Of a stretch of DNA of 64,000 bases, positions 38,763 to 49,744 are shown in pieces (position 1 is the stretch's first letter; every line of letters begins with the position of its first letter). Source of the DNA: Armatimonadota bacterium (lineage in GTDB: Bacteria; Sysuimicrobiota; Sysuimicrobiia; Sysuimicrobiales; Kaftiobacteriaceae). Under the pieces are notes generated by a model. It was given only the letters and a program-made list of their open reading frames with translations, searched no databases and had not been told where the DNA came from. The stretch lies in NCBI GenBank assembly GCA_037440005.1, contig JBBIUY010000005.1, positions 34,179 through 98,178 of the forward strand, in the 5' to 3' direction. The position numbers and the translations under genes are program-made.

Positions 38763-39997
38763 CCGTCCCCGCGTCGTGACGGAGACCGGGGGTCGGCGTC
38801 TTGGGCCAGCCTCCGGCGCGCCTCTTCCACCCCCGCCGCCGGGGGGACCCGCACGCCGAACGCCCGCAGCACGTGCTCCAGGCTGGACAGCACCGTCAGG
38901 ACCACCGACGGCCGCGCGTTGTACCCCATGGTGCCGATGCGCCAGATGCGGCCGCGCAGGGGGCCGAAGGACGTGGCCACCTCCACCCCAAACTCCTCCA
39001 GCAGCCGCAGGCGGGCCGCCTCCTCGGGCACGCCGTCGGGCACGTACACCGCGGTGATCATGGGCAGCCGGTGGCGGGGGTCGCCGAACAGGCGCAGCCC
39101 CATGGCCTCCAGCCCGGCCTTGAGCGCCTCCCCCACCCGCCGGTGGCGCGCCCAGCGGGACGGCAGCCCCTCTTCCACCACCAGCCGCAGCGCCTCCCGC
39201 AGCCCGTAGGTCATGGTGGTGGGCAGGGTGTGGTGGTTGAGACGCTCGGGGCTCCAGTAGCGCTGCAGCTGGGCTAGGTCCAGGTAGTTGCTGATGACGG
39301 GCGTCCGCCGCCGGGCGATGGCGTCCTCGGCGCGCCCGTTGTAGGTGACCGGCGCCATGCCCGACGGACAGCCCAGGCACTTCTGGGTGCCCGACGTGCA
39401 CACGTCGATCTGCCAGCCGTCCACGTCCACCTCCACCCCGCCCAGGGTCACCACCGCGTCCACCACCAGCAGCGCGCCGTGCCGCCGGCAGATCCGGCCG
39501 ATCTCCTCCATGTGAGGCTGCAGCATGCCCGTGGACGTCTCGCCGTGGACGACGGCCACCACCTTGGCGGGCCGGGCCCGCAGGGCGTCGTCCACCTGCT
39601 GCGGGTCGATCACCCGGCCCCACTCGGCGGCGACCTGGTCCACCCGGGCGCCGTAGCGGACGGCCAGGTCGGCGAACAGGTCCCCAAAGCGCCCGCAGTT
39701 GGCCACCAGGACCGGGTCGCCCGGCTCGACGAGGGAGGCGATGGCCGCCTCCATGCCGGCGCGGCCCGTGCCGGAGACGGCGTAGGTCCGGAGGTTGGCC
39801 GTCTGGAACACCTGCCGGGCCAGGGCCATGACGTCCTCCATGATCGCGGTGAACGCCGGGTCGAACTGGCCCAGGATCGGGGAGGCCATCGCCCGCAGGA
39901 CCCGCGGGTCGGGGTTGGTGGGTCCGGTGCCGCACAGCAGCCGGACGGGGGGAGTCAGGTCGCCGACGGTGCTCACGGTCGTTCCTCCTCCGATCAC
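38750..39997 (-). CDS. Class-V aminotransferase (ureidoglycine--glyoxylate / serine--pyruvate aminotransferase, PucG-like)
   Basis: PLP-lysine 'SGTQKCLGCPSG'. 'GETSTGMLQP'. 415 aa. Its 3' end overlaps the convergent allantoinase by 13 nt. Confidence 0.8.
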   Translation of the reverse strand: MIGGGTTVSTVGDLTPPVRLLCGTGPTNPDPRVLRAMASPILGQFDPAFTAIMEDVMALARQVFQTANLRTYAVSGTGRAGMEAAIASLVEPGDPVLVANCGRFGDLFADLAVRYGARVDQVAAEWGRVIDPQQVDDALRARPAKVVAVVHGETSTGMLQPHMEEIGRICRRHGALLVVDAVVTLGGVEVDVDGWQIDVCTSGTQKCLGCPSGMAPVTYNGRAEDAIARRRTPVISNYLDLAQLQRYWSPERLNHHTLPTTMTYGLREALRLVVEEGLPSRWARHRRVGEALKAGLEAMGLRLFGDPRHRLPMITAVYVPDGVPEEAARLRLLEEFGVEVATSFGPLRGRIWRIGTMGYNARPSVVLTVLSSLEHVLRAFGVRVPPAAGVEEARRRLAQDADPRSPSRRGDGQPG

Positions 39998-41243
39998 GCT
40001 CCGTACCGGGCGGCGAACGCCTCCAGTGCCCGCTCAAAGGCCGCCAGCGGCGCCCGCACCACCCCGGCGCCGATCTGCCCGACGCCGGCGCGCCGGTGGG
40101 CGATGCCGGTGTTGATCACCGGCGCGACCTGCAGCGCCACCACCTTCCGGATGTCGATCCCGGCGGGCACGCCGTCAAAGTCCAGCGCCGGGATGCGCCA
40201 GTGGGGGCTGCGACCGGCGGTGATCTCGCCCATGGCCCGGGTGACGGCCTCGGCCTCCCGCGCCGACGGCAGGCCCACGAAGCCCGTCACGGCGGGGGCG
40301 GCGGCCATGGCGAATCCCCCCAACCCCACCGTCTCCACGATGGCGCTGTCGCCCAGGTCCGGGCTGGCGTCGTCCGGGCCGTAGCCGGGGAAGTACAGCC
40401 CCTGAGGGAAAGGCGCGGGGGCGGTGAACCAGGTCTCCCCCAGCCCGCTGACCCGCAGGCCGAACTCCACGCCGTTGCGGCTCATGGCGGTGACCAGGGT
40501 GCAGCAGGGGATGCCCTCGATGCGGGAGGTCATGCACTTGCACGCCGCCATGGCCACGTTGAGGAAGAACTGGTCGGTGGCGGCCAGAAACGCCAGCACC
40601 TCCCTCGCCGCGGCGGCCGGGACGGCGCCGACCAGCGCCGGCGCCAGTTCCCGGACCAGCAGGGCGGTGGCGGCGGCGTTGCGCTGGTGCATCTCGTCTC
40701 CCATGGCGAGCGCCCGCCCCATCAGCGGGACCAGGGGCAGGCCTCCGGCCTCGCGCAGGGCGGCGTCCAGGGTGGGGGCGCAGACGTCCCGCAGCCAGGC
40801 CAGACGCTCCAGCACCGGCGGGCCGTAGGCCCCAAAGCGCAGGACCGCCCCCACGCCCTCGTTGAGCGGACAGCAGGCCCGGATCCCGTCCCGGTCCTCC
40901 ACCACCAGGACCGGCATGGAGGGGGAGATGATGCCGGCCATGGGCCCCACCGCCCCGTGGTCGTGGGTGCAGGCCAGCTCCACGGCTCCCGCCTCCAGCA
41001 GGGCCGCCGCGTCCTCTTCGTCCTCCGCCCACCCCTCCAGCAGGATGGCGCCCACAGCCGCCCCGCGCATCGGCCCGCACATCCGCGCGGCGGACAGCGG
41101 AGGTCCGGCGTGCAGGAGCCTGCGGCCCAGCAGGGCCGGGATGACCTCGTGCGCCGGCCGCACGCCGGTCAGCACCGGAGACGCGCCCCACAGGCGGTCC
41201 AGGGCCCGGGCGTTGGCGGCGGCGATGCGGTCCGCCAGGTCGC

Positions 41244-41247
<4 letters not shown>
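39994..41247 (-). CDS. DUF1116-family protein (YlbE/AllG-like)
   Basis: Start at 'MSDLADRIAAANARALDRL'. The 124 codons upstream in the track ORF are Arg/Gly-rich artefact. Coupled by overlap to allC. Confidence 0.55.
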
Positions 41248-42512
<1,265 letters not shown>

Positions 42513-42627
42513 ACGATGGGCAGTTCAGTTCCCCGGCCGATCCGTCCCTCCCTGCCGGCGCAGCGACCGCGGCGCCGGCCGGGAGGGCGCGGAATCGGCC
42601 CCGGGGTCGCCGTCGTTGGTGGAGGTG

Positions 42628-43329
42628 ATGGAGTCCCGGCGGATGGACAAGGTCTGGTACCTGCGTCAGGTGGACCTGTTTGCGGGGATCGACGACGAGG
42701 AGATGGGCCGGCTGGTGGAGCGCACCACCATGCACGAGTTCGGCCGCGGCAGCGTCATCCTCCACCCCGACGAGCCCCAGGAGCGGGTGTACCTGATCAA
42801 GGAGGGACGGGTGAAGATCTCCCGGTACTCCGCCGACGGCCGCGAGCAGATCCTGGCGCTGCTGGAGCCCGGAGACCTGTTCGGCGAGCTGGCGCTGGTG
42901 GGGGAAGCCGAGCCCGTGCACGTGGAGGCCTTCGAGGACACCCTCATCTGCGCCCTCTCCCGGGACGACATGGTCGCCCTGCTGCGGCGGCGTCCGGAAC
43001 TGATGCTGCAGGTCCTCCGGACCCTGGCCGACCGCCTGCGGGCGGCCGAGGAGGAGATCGCCGACCTGGTGTTCCGGACCGTCCCCGCGCGGCTGGCGGC
43101 CCTGCTGCTGCGCCTGGCGGAGGCCTACGGCCAGCGCAACGGCACCGGGCTGCGGCTGGCCCTGCGCCTGACCCACCAGGACATCGCCAGCATGATCGGC
43201 GCCACCCGGGAGACGGTGACGGCGACCCTGGGCCGCCTGCGGGCGGCCGGACTGATCGCCACCGAGGGACGGCAGATCGTCATCCGGGACCCCGAGGGGC
43301 TGCGGCGCCTGTCGGCGAACAGGGAGTAG
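42628..43329 (+). CDS. CRP/FNR-family transcriptional regulator
   Basis: cNMP-binding 'GDLFGELAL'. C-terminal HTH 'LTHQDIASMIGATRETVTATLGRLRAAGLI'. Strong SD GGAGGTG. Confidence 0.75.
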   Translation: MESRRMDKVWYLRQVDLFAGIDDEEMGRLVERTTMHEFGRGSVILHPDEPQERVYLIKEGRVKISRYSADGREQILALLEPGDLFGELALVGEAEPVHVEAFEDTLICALSRDDMVALLRRRPELMLQVLRTLADRLRAAEEEIADLVFRTVPARLAALLLRLAEAYGQRNGTGLRLALRLTHQDIASMIGATRETVTATLGRLRAAGLIATEGRQIVIRDPEGLRRLSANRE

Positions 43330-43332
43330 GAG

Positions 43333-43698
43333 ATGCAGGTGGTCCTCGGGCTGGCGGGGGCCGTCATCAGCGCCTACGTGTGGTACAAGCAGGTGACCCC
43401 GGGGCCGGTCCTGTGCCTGGGCTCCGGGTGCGCGGCGGTCATCCGCAGCCGCTACGGCAGGGTGCTGGGCATCCCCAACGGGGCGCTGGGCGTCGTGTAC
43501 TTCCTGGCGATGGCCGCCGTGCCGCTGGCCGCACCCTGGGGGCCGGTCCTGCGTCCGCTGGCCCTGGCGGCGACCACCGCAGCCCTGATCCTGTACGCGT
43601 ACCTGACCTACCTGCAGCTGTTCGTGCTGCGCGCCCTGTGCAGCTGGTGCCTGGCATCCGCCGCGCTGGCGGCGGCGATCTTCGCCACGCTGGCCTGA
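43333..43698 (+). CDS. VKOR (vitamin K epoxide reductase) family membrane protein
   Basis: 4 TM. Loop Cys pair 'CLGSGC'. TM4 'CSWC' redox motif. 121 aa. Confidence 0.5.
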   Translation: MQVVLGLAGAVISAYVWYKQVTPGPVLCLGSGCAAVIRSRYGRVLGIPNGALGVVYFLAMAAVPLAAPWGPVLRPLALAATTAALILYAYLTYLQLFVLRALCSWCLASAALAAAIFATLA

Positions 43699-43760
43699 CG
43701 GCGCCCGGCCGCGCGGACAGCGGGGCGCCGGACACGACGCAGACGGAGGGGACGGACGCC

Positions 43761-44669
43761 ATGGACCTGGGAATGATCGGCCTGGGGCGCATGGGCGCCA
43801 ACATGGCCGAGCGGCTGGTGCGGGCCGGCCACCGGGTGGTCGGGTACGCCCGGTCGGAGGCGTCCCGGCAGCGGGCCCGGCAGGCGGGCGCCGAGGCGGC
43901 GGCGTCCCTGGCCGAGCTGGCCGAGCGGCTGGCGCCGCCGCGGGTGGTGTGGCTGATGCTGCCGGCCGGCCGGACGGTGGACGAGACCCTGCAGGCGCTG
44001 GTGCCCCTGCTGGCCCGGGGCGACGTGGTGGTGGACGGCGGCAACTCCTACTACCGGGACACCCTGCGGCGGGCCGAGTGGCTGACCGCGCGCGGGCTGG
44101 AGTTCGTGGACGTGGGCACCAGCGGCGGCATCTGGGGACGGACCGAGGGCTACAGCCTGATGGTCGGCGGCCGGCCGGAAGGGGTGGAGCGCCTGCGGCC
44201 CATCCTCCAGGCGCTGGCCCCCGCGCCGGACCGCGGGTGGGGACACGTGGGACCGCACGGGGCCGGCCACTTCGTCAAGATGGTGCACAACGGCATCGAG
44301 TACGGCATGATGCAGGCGCTGGCCGAGGGGTTCGCCCTGATGCGCCGCAAGCGGGACTTCGGCCTGGACCTCCACCAGGTGGCGGAGATCTGGCGGTACG
44401 GCAGCGTGGTGCGCTCGTGGCTGCTGGACCTGCTGGCCGCCGCGCTGGCCGAAGACCAGGACCTCCGGGACGTCGCCCCGCGCGTGGCGGACTCGGGCGA
44501 AGGGCGGTGGACGGTGCAGGAGGCCATCGACCTGGACAGCCCCGCCCCGGTCATCACCCTGGCCCTGATCCAGCGGCTGCGATCCCGGGACGACTACTCC
44601 TACGCCGACCGGCTGCTGGCGGTGCTGCGGCGGCAGTTCGGCGGCCACGAGGTCGGGAAGGCGACGTGA
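43761..44669 (+). CDS. gnd: 6-phosphogluconate dehydrogenase, decarboxylating (short YqeC-like form)
   Basis: 'MDLGMIGLGRMGANMAERL' NAD(P) Rossmann. 'GGNSYY', 'GTSGGIWG', 'HFVKMVHNGIEYG'. Confidence 0.8.
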   Translation: MDLGMIGLGRMGANMAERLVRAGHRVVGYARSEASRQRARQAGAEAAASLAELAERLAPPRVVWLMLPAGRTVDETLQALVPLLARGDVVVDGGNSYYRDTLRRAEWLTARGLEFVDVGTSGGIWGRTEGYSLMVGGRPEGVERLRPILQALAPAPDRGWGHVGPHGAGHFVKMVHNGIEYGMMQALAEGFALMRRKRDFGLDLHQVAEIWRYGSVVRSWLLDLLAAALAEDQDLRDVAPRVADSGEGRWTVQEAIDLDSPAPVITLALIQRLRSRDDYSYADRLLAVLRRQFGGHEVGKAT

Positions 44670-45442
44670 AGACGCCCGCGCCGGTCCGGCCGGCGGTGTA
44701 CGTCTACCCGGACGTGGACGGCCTGGTGCGCGCGGCGGCCCGGGCCGTGGTGAGCTGCGTCCGGGCCGCCGTGGAGGCCGAGGGCCGCTGCGCGGTGGCG
44801 CTGTCGGGAGGCACCACGCCCCGGCCCCTGTACCGGCTGCTGGCCACCGAGTTCCGGGACCAGGTGCCCTGGGGTCAGGTGGACCTGTTCTGGGGGGACG
44901 AGCGCTACGTGCCCCCCGATGACCCCCGCAGCAACTTCCGGATGGTGCGCGAGACCCTGCTGGACCTGGTGCCCGTTCCCCCCCACAACGTCCACCCGAT
45001 GCCCACCCACCACCCCGATCCCGAGGACGCGGCCCGGGCCTACGACGCCCTGCTGGCATCCCGCTTTCCCGGCCCCTGGCCCCGCTTCGACGTGCTGCTG
45101 CTGGGCCTGTCCGCCGACGGCCACATCGCCTCGCTGTTTCCGGCCTCCGCGGCCCTGCGGGTGACCGACCGGCGGGTGGTGGCCGTGCGGGTGCCCGCCG
45201 ACCCTCCCCAGCGCCTGACCGTGACCCTGCCGGTGATCAACCACGCCTCCTCTGTCTACTTCCTGGTGGCCGGCAGGGGCAAGGCGGGCGCGGTGCACCG
45301 CGCCCTGGTGGACCCCCGGGACCCGGCCACCTCTCCCGCGGCGGCGGTCTGGCCGGTGCACGGGGAGGTGATCTGGTGGCTGGACGAGGCCGCGGCCACG
45401 TTTCTGGGGCCGGAGATCCGCACGCCCTCGCCCCCGGCGTGA
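44666..45442 (+). CDS. pgl: 6-phosphogluconolactonase
   Basis: GTG overlapping the gnd stop. 'VALSGGTTP', 'FWGDERYV', 'LLGLSADGHIASLFP'. Confidence 0.75.
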   Translation: MKTPAPVRPAVYVYPDVDGLVRAAARAVVSCVRAAVEAEGRCAVALSGGTTPRPLYRLLATEFRDQVPWGQVDLFWGDERYVPPDDPRSNFRMVRETLLDLVPVPPHNVHPMPTHHPDPEDAARAYDALLASRFPGPWPRFDVLLLGLSADGHIASLFPASAALRVTDRRVVAVRVPADPPQRLTVTLPVINHASSVYFLVAGRGKAGAVHRALVDPRDPATSPAAAVWPVHGEVIWWLDEAAATFLGPEIRTPSPPA

Positions 45443-46626
45443 CCGGCCCGGACGCCGACGTCCTGGCCCGGGCCTACCGCATCGCGGTCCGCGACCTGCG
45501 GGCCTGCTACAACCCCGACGGGATCGTCGCCGGCCGCCTCCACTTCAACGCCTACTGGGCCCGCGACGGGTTCTGGGCGTGTCTGGGAGCCCTGGCTCTG
45601 GGCGACGCCGACCAGGTCCGCGCCCACCTGGACACCTTCGTCCGCTTCCAGCGCCCGTCGGGCGAGGTTCCCGTCCGCATCGAATTCCTGGGGCACACCT
45701 TCGGCCACTACCACACCCGGCGCGTGCACCCCCGCGCCCTGTTCCGGGCGGGTACCCTGTTCGCCGACCCGCTGGATCCGACGGCCCTGTTCATCATCGC
45801 CGCCCGCGCGTATGCCGCGGCGACGGGGGACCTGGCCTTCTGCGGGCGCTTCCAGACGCCCATGGACCGGGCCGTGGCGTGGCTGGCGGCCCGGGACCGC
45901 GACGGCGACGGGCTGGTGGAAAGCGGCTACCTGGCCGGGTGGATGGACTCGGTGCTCAAGAAGGACAAGATCTTCTACCTCAACGTGGTGTACCTGGAAG
46001 GCCTGCGCGCCTGCGCCGAGGTGAACGACTGGCTCGGCCGCGTCCCGCAGGCCACACAGATGCGCCGGCGGGCGGAGCGGGTGGCCCGCCGGCTCCGGGA
46101 GGTCTTCTGGACGGGGGAGTACTTCGCCGACTGGGTCCACGCCGGCCGGCGGGGAGGGTTCAGCTCCGACGGCCACGTGCTGGCCATCCTCTGGGGGATC
46201 GCCGACGCCGGCGAGACCGCTCGCATCCTCGACGTGATCCGGCGCCGCGGTCTGGAGGCGGACACCCCGCTGAGGACCTGCGATCCTCCGTACCGCCCCT
46301 GGCAGATCTTCCCCTTCTACTACCTGGCGGGGATCCCCGACTACCACTCCACCCTGGTGTGGCCGTGGCTGGGGATCCTGCACGCCGTCAACAAGGCGCG
46401 CCTGGGCCTGCGGGAGCAGGCCGTGGCGGACCTGGCGCGGATCGGCGGGTGGTTCGTGACGGGCGGGGCCGTGGCCGAAGTCTACGAGCCGGACGGACGG
46501 CCCGTCGCCCGCCGATTCTTCCAGGCGGAGGTGCCCTTCGCCTGGCACGCCGGCCTGTACGTCTACGCCCTGCACGCCCTGGGCCTGGCCCCCCTCCCCG
46601 CGGGCGCGTCGGGCGCCGCCCCCTGA
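45439..46626 (+). CDS. Six-hairpin glycoside hydrolase (GH63 / amylo-alpha-1,6-glucosidase-like)
   Basis: 'NAYWARDGFWA', 'YLNVVYLEGL', 'FWTGEYFADW', 'TLVWPWLG' fit an (alpha/alpha)6-barrel glycosidase. The start (GTG 45439) is uncertain. Confidence 0.5.
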   Translation: MTGPDADVLARAYRIAVRDLRACYNPDGIVAGRLHFNAYWARDGFWACLGALALGDADQVRAHLDTFVRFQRPSGEVPVRIEFLGHTFGHYHTRRVHPRALFRAGTLFADPLDPTALFIIAARAYAAATGDLAFCGRFQTPMDRAVAWLAARDRDGDGLVESGYLAGWMDSVLKKDKIFYLNVVYLEGLRACAEVNDWLGRVPQATQMRRRAERVARRLREVFWTGEYFADWVHAGRRGGFSSDGHVLAILWGIADAGETARILDVIRRRGLEADTPLRTCDPPYRPWQIFPFYYLAGIPDYHSTLVWPWLGILHAVNKARLGLREQAVADLARIGGWFVTGGAVAEVYEPDGRPVARRFFQAEVPFAWHAGLYVYALHALGLAPLPAGASGAAP

Positions 46627-46727
46627 CCTCTCCCGCCGTCGGACCCGCGCTGTCAGGTTCCTTACATCCACGCCGACCCGGGTCCGCCTACCATGAGGGT
46701 GTGCATCACGCCCAGAGGGGGGAGTCC

Positions 46728-46907
46728 ATGACAGAGCTCAGCTGTTGCGGGGTGACGTTTGCGTCGGCGGAGGAGCTGGCCCGGCACGAAGTCAAGGCGC
46801 ACGGCGCGTCCAGGCCCGCGGCCGGAAGCTGCTGCGGCCTGACGTTCTACACCCAGGCCGGGCTGGAGGAGCACCTCCGGACGGCGCACGGAAAGAAGGC
46901 TTCCTAG
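46728..46907 (+). CDS. Small protein with tandem duplicated CC-x11-H-x4-H motif
   Basis: 59 aa after SD 'AGAGGGGGGAG'. 'SCCGVTFASAEELARHEVKAHG' and 'SCCGLTFYTQAGLEEHLRTAHG' are an internal duplication. Confidence 0.4.
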   Translation: MTELSCCGVTFASAEELARHEVKAHGASRPAAGSCCGLTFYTQAGLEEHLRTAHGKKAS

Positions 46908-46952
46908 GCCGGGGCCCCGGGCGTCCCCGGCCGGGCGGAGGCGGGATGGCGC

Positions 46953-48104
46953 ATGAGGCGGGCCGTGGTGGCGGCGGTGGTGGGGGTGCTGGCGGTCCTG
47001 GCGGGCGCAGGCCTGTGGCTGCGGCCGGGCCGGCCCGCCGCTACCGCCCCCTCCGGCGAGCGGGTGCCCTTTGACACCACCGAGTGGAGGACGGACTTCA
47101 GCAAGCACAGCGTGCCCCTCGGCGCGATCATCCCGGGCGGACCGCCCAAGGACGGGATTCCCGCCATCGACCGCCCCCAGTTCGACACCGTGGCCCAGGC
47201 CGACCGGTGGCTGAAGCCCCGGGAGCCGGTCATCCTGTTCGAGCACGCCGGCGACGCGCGCGCCTATCCCCTGCAGGTCCTCATCTGGCACGAGATCGTC
47301 AACGATACGGTGGGCGGGCGGCCGGCGGTGATCACCTTCTGTCCCCTGTGCAACACGTCCATCGTCTTCGACCGGCGCGTGGCCGGGCGGGTGCTGGACT
47401 TCGGGACCACCGGCCGGCTGCGGTTTTCGGACCTGGTGATGTACGACCGGCAGACCGAGTCCTGGTGGCAGCAGGCCACCGGGGAGGCCGTCGTGGGGGA
47501 ACTGACCGGGCAGCGGCTCACGTTCCTGCCGTCCCTGGTCGTCTCCTGGGAGATGTTCCGAACCTCCCGGCCCCGGGGACGGGTCCTCAACCGCCAGACC
47601 GGCCACACCCGGGCCTACGGGGTCAACCCCTACGCGGGCTACGACGACATCGCGTCGTCGCCCTTCCTGTACCGGGGCCCCACCGACGGCCGCCTGCCGC
47701 CGATGGCGCGCGTGGTCACCGTGTCGCTGGGCGGGGAAGACGTCGCCTACCCGTTCAGCGCGCTGGAGAAGACTCCGGTGGTCAACGACGTCGTCGGCGG
47801 CAGGCCGGTGGCGGTCTTCTACACCCGCGGGGTCGCGTCGGCCCTGGACCGCAGCAGCATCGCCGACTCCCGCGACGTGGGGACGGCGGCGGTGTTCGAA
47901 CGGACCCTGCAGGGCCGCGTGCTGACCTTCCGCCTGGCCGGGGATCGCATTACCGACGTGCAGACGGGCAGCGCGTGGACCGTGCTGGGAGCGGCCACCG
48001 CCGGGCCTCTGGCGGGGCAGCGCCTGACGCCGGTGGTGCACGGCCAGCACTTCTGGTTCTCCTGGGCGGTCTTCAAGCCCCGGACGCGGGTCTACACACC
48101 GTAA
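46953..48104 (+). CDS. DUF3179-family protein, membrane-anchored
   Basis: N-terminal TM. 'ILFEHAGDARAYPLQVLIWHEIVNDTVGG', 'FCPLCNT'. 383 aa. Confidence 0.7.
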   Translation: MRRAVVAAVVGVLAVLAGAGLWLRPGRPAATAPSGERVPFDTTEWRTDFSKHSVPLGAIIPGGPPKDGIPAIDRPQFDTVAQADRWLKPREPVILFEHAGDARAYPLQVLIWHEIVNDTVGGRPAVITFCPLCNTSIVFDRRVAGRVLDFGTTGRLRFSDLVMYDRQTESWWQQATGEAVVGELTGQRLTFLPSLVVSWEMFRTSRPRGRVLNRQTGHTRAYGVNPYAGYDDIASSPFLYRGPTDGRLPPMARVVTVSLGGEDVAYPFSALEKTPVVNDVVGGRPVAVFYTRGVASALDRSSIADSRDVGTAAVFERTLQGRVLTFRLAGDRITDVQTGSAWTVLGAATAGPLAGQRLTPVVHGQHFWFSWAVFKPRTRVYTP

Positions 48105-48120
48105 CGGGGGGGGTGGGAGA

Positions 48121-48576
48121 GTGGACATCCGGCGGGCTGTCGTGGCCGGAGTGGTGGCCAGCGTGGTCATGGGCATGATCGAGATGATCTACGAGGTCGT
48201 CGCCGGCGACGGGTTCTGGGCGCCGGTGGTGTACATCGGCGCCACCGTCCTCCGGCGCCTGCAGGAGACCCGGCCGCCGGTGGTCTTTGACGTGGGAGGG
48301 GTCGTGCTGGGCCTGGCCGGCCACATGATGAACTCGGCCGTCCTGGGCCTGGTGTTCGGAGCGCTGACGGGACGCCGGGACCTCGGCCGCGGCACGGCGG
48401 CCACCTGGGGAGCGGTGTACGGACTGATCGTGTTCGTCGTCATGTGGTACGGCATCGTCCCCCTGGTGGACCCCGTGATGCGCCAGCTGCACGCCGGGGT
48501 CTTCGCCGTCGCCCACGTGGTGTGGGGCGCCGTTCTGAGCCTGCTCCTGACGCCTGCACCCCGGGCGGCCGCCTGA
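48121..48576 (+). CDS. Hypothetical 4-TM membrane protein
   Basis: GTG start. Hydrophobic 151 aa. No recognised motif. Confidence 0.4.
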   Translation: MDIRRAVVAGVVASVVMGMIEMIYEVVAGDGFWAPVVYIGATVLRRLQETRPPVVFDVGGVVLGLAGHMMNSAVLGLVFGALTGRRDLGRGTAATWGAVYGLIVFVVMWYGIVPLVDPVMRQLHAGVFAVAHVVWGAVLSLLLTPAPRAAA

Positions 48577-48673
48577 CGGCCCCGGCGCCGGCGGTGGAAT
48601 CTTCCCGACACCGTCCCCAGCCGGTCCGTCCCCAGGGCGGGGACGAGGGCGACGCCACGCACAGGGGGATGGC

Positions 48674-49744
48674 ATGGAGAGTCGTGTCCTGACCCGACGG
48701 GACTTCTTGCGGTGGTCCGCCGTCGCGGGGGCGGCGCTGGCGGGCGGAACGATCCTTCGGACCGCGGCAGCCCCGCGGGTGCGGCGGCATGTGGCCGACA
48801 TCCTGCGCTTTTCCTTCCGACCCCAGGGGTGGCCGGGGCAGTTCGGCTTCGTCACCCTGCGGATCCACCCGGTCTTCTTCGACGGCGGGCGGGCCTACCA
48901 CATCCGCACCGACACCTCCGACGCGGCCATGGCCCGCACCGTGGGGCTGGTGCACGCTCCCAAGCTGGCCAAGGCCATCGACGCGGATGCCGCCGCCGAC
49001 TACTACGTCTTCACCAACGGCGCGTCGGGCCAGCTGCCGGTGGTGAGCACCGTGCCCGGACAGGAGGACTACACGCCGGCCTACCGGCTGCACCGGGTCA
49101 CCTTCACCGGGTCCCCGCGGGTCCTGACGTCGGCGGCGCAGATCCGGGACGCGGCGGCCGACGGCCGGCTGCGGGTGGAGGCCACCGGCACCGTGGTGAA
49201 CTACCCGGTGGTGAAGTGGCCGGACGGCGAGATGCCCCACGACCGGGTGCGGACCGCCTACCTGGGAGAGGGGCAGCTGCTCACGCCCGTGGACGTGGAC
49301 CGGCGGGAGGTGACCTTCAAGCTGCAGCAGTGCTTCCCCGGCGAGTGGTACATCGTCACCGACACCTCGGCCTCCCCCATGGCGCCCATGATGCGCATCC
49401 CGGCGTCGCCCCGGACGGCGCTGCTGACCAAGGCCGGAGCCACGGCGAAGATCCTCGTGTTCGGCAACGGCATCCGGGGGTCCGGGCCCATGGGGTTCCA
49501 GCCCTCGGTGGTGGACTCGCTGCCCGGCAACCCGGTGTGGAGCCCGTTCTGGGACCACGTCACCTTCACCTGGGTGGAGGGGCGCACGCCGGTGGTGATC
49601 CGGGACCAGAAGCAGCTGCTGGAGCGCGAGCGGGCCGGCGACCTGCGGCGCTGGCCCGGGACGCCGGACACCCGGGGGGAGCTGTTCGTGGTGAACTGCC
49701 CGATTCCGATCACCAGCCCCGTGCTGTGGCGGCCTCCGGCGTAG
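48674..49744 (+). CDS. Tat-secreted protein with two tandem copies of an uncharacterised ~110-aa domain
   Basis: 'RRDFLRWSAVAGAALAGG' twin-arginine signal. Two internal repeats sharing 'VFxNGxxGxGPxGFQPxV..S.PG.P...P......TW'. The same domain recurs at 55616..56152. Confidence 0.6.
   Translation: MESRVLTRRDFLRWSAVAGAALAGGTILRTAAAPRVRRHVADILRFSFRPQGWPGQFGFVTLRIHPVFFDGGRAYHIRTDTSDAAMARTVGLVHAPKLAKAIDADAAADYYVFTNGASGQLPVVSTVPGQEDYTPAYRLHRVTFTGSPRVLTSAAQIRDAAADGRLRVEATGTVVNYPVVKWPDGEMPHDRVRTAYLGEGQLLTPVDVDRREVTFKLQQCFPGEWYIVTDTSASPMAPMMRIPASPRTALLTKAGATAKILVFGNGIRGSGPMGFQPSVVDSLPGNPVWSPFWDHVTFTWVEGRTPVVIRDQKQLLERERAGDLRRWPGTPDTRGELFVVNCPIPITSPVLWRPPA

Noticed and set aside
37098-40037. 979-aa - strand ORF
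   Set aside because: Antisense to xdh/allantoinase and out-of-frame relative to the real aminotransferase. Artefact.
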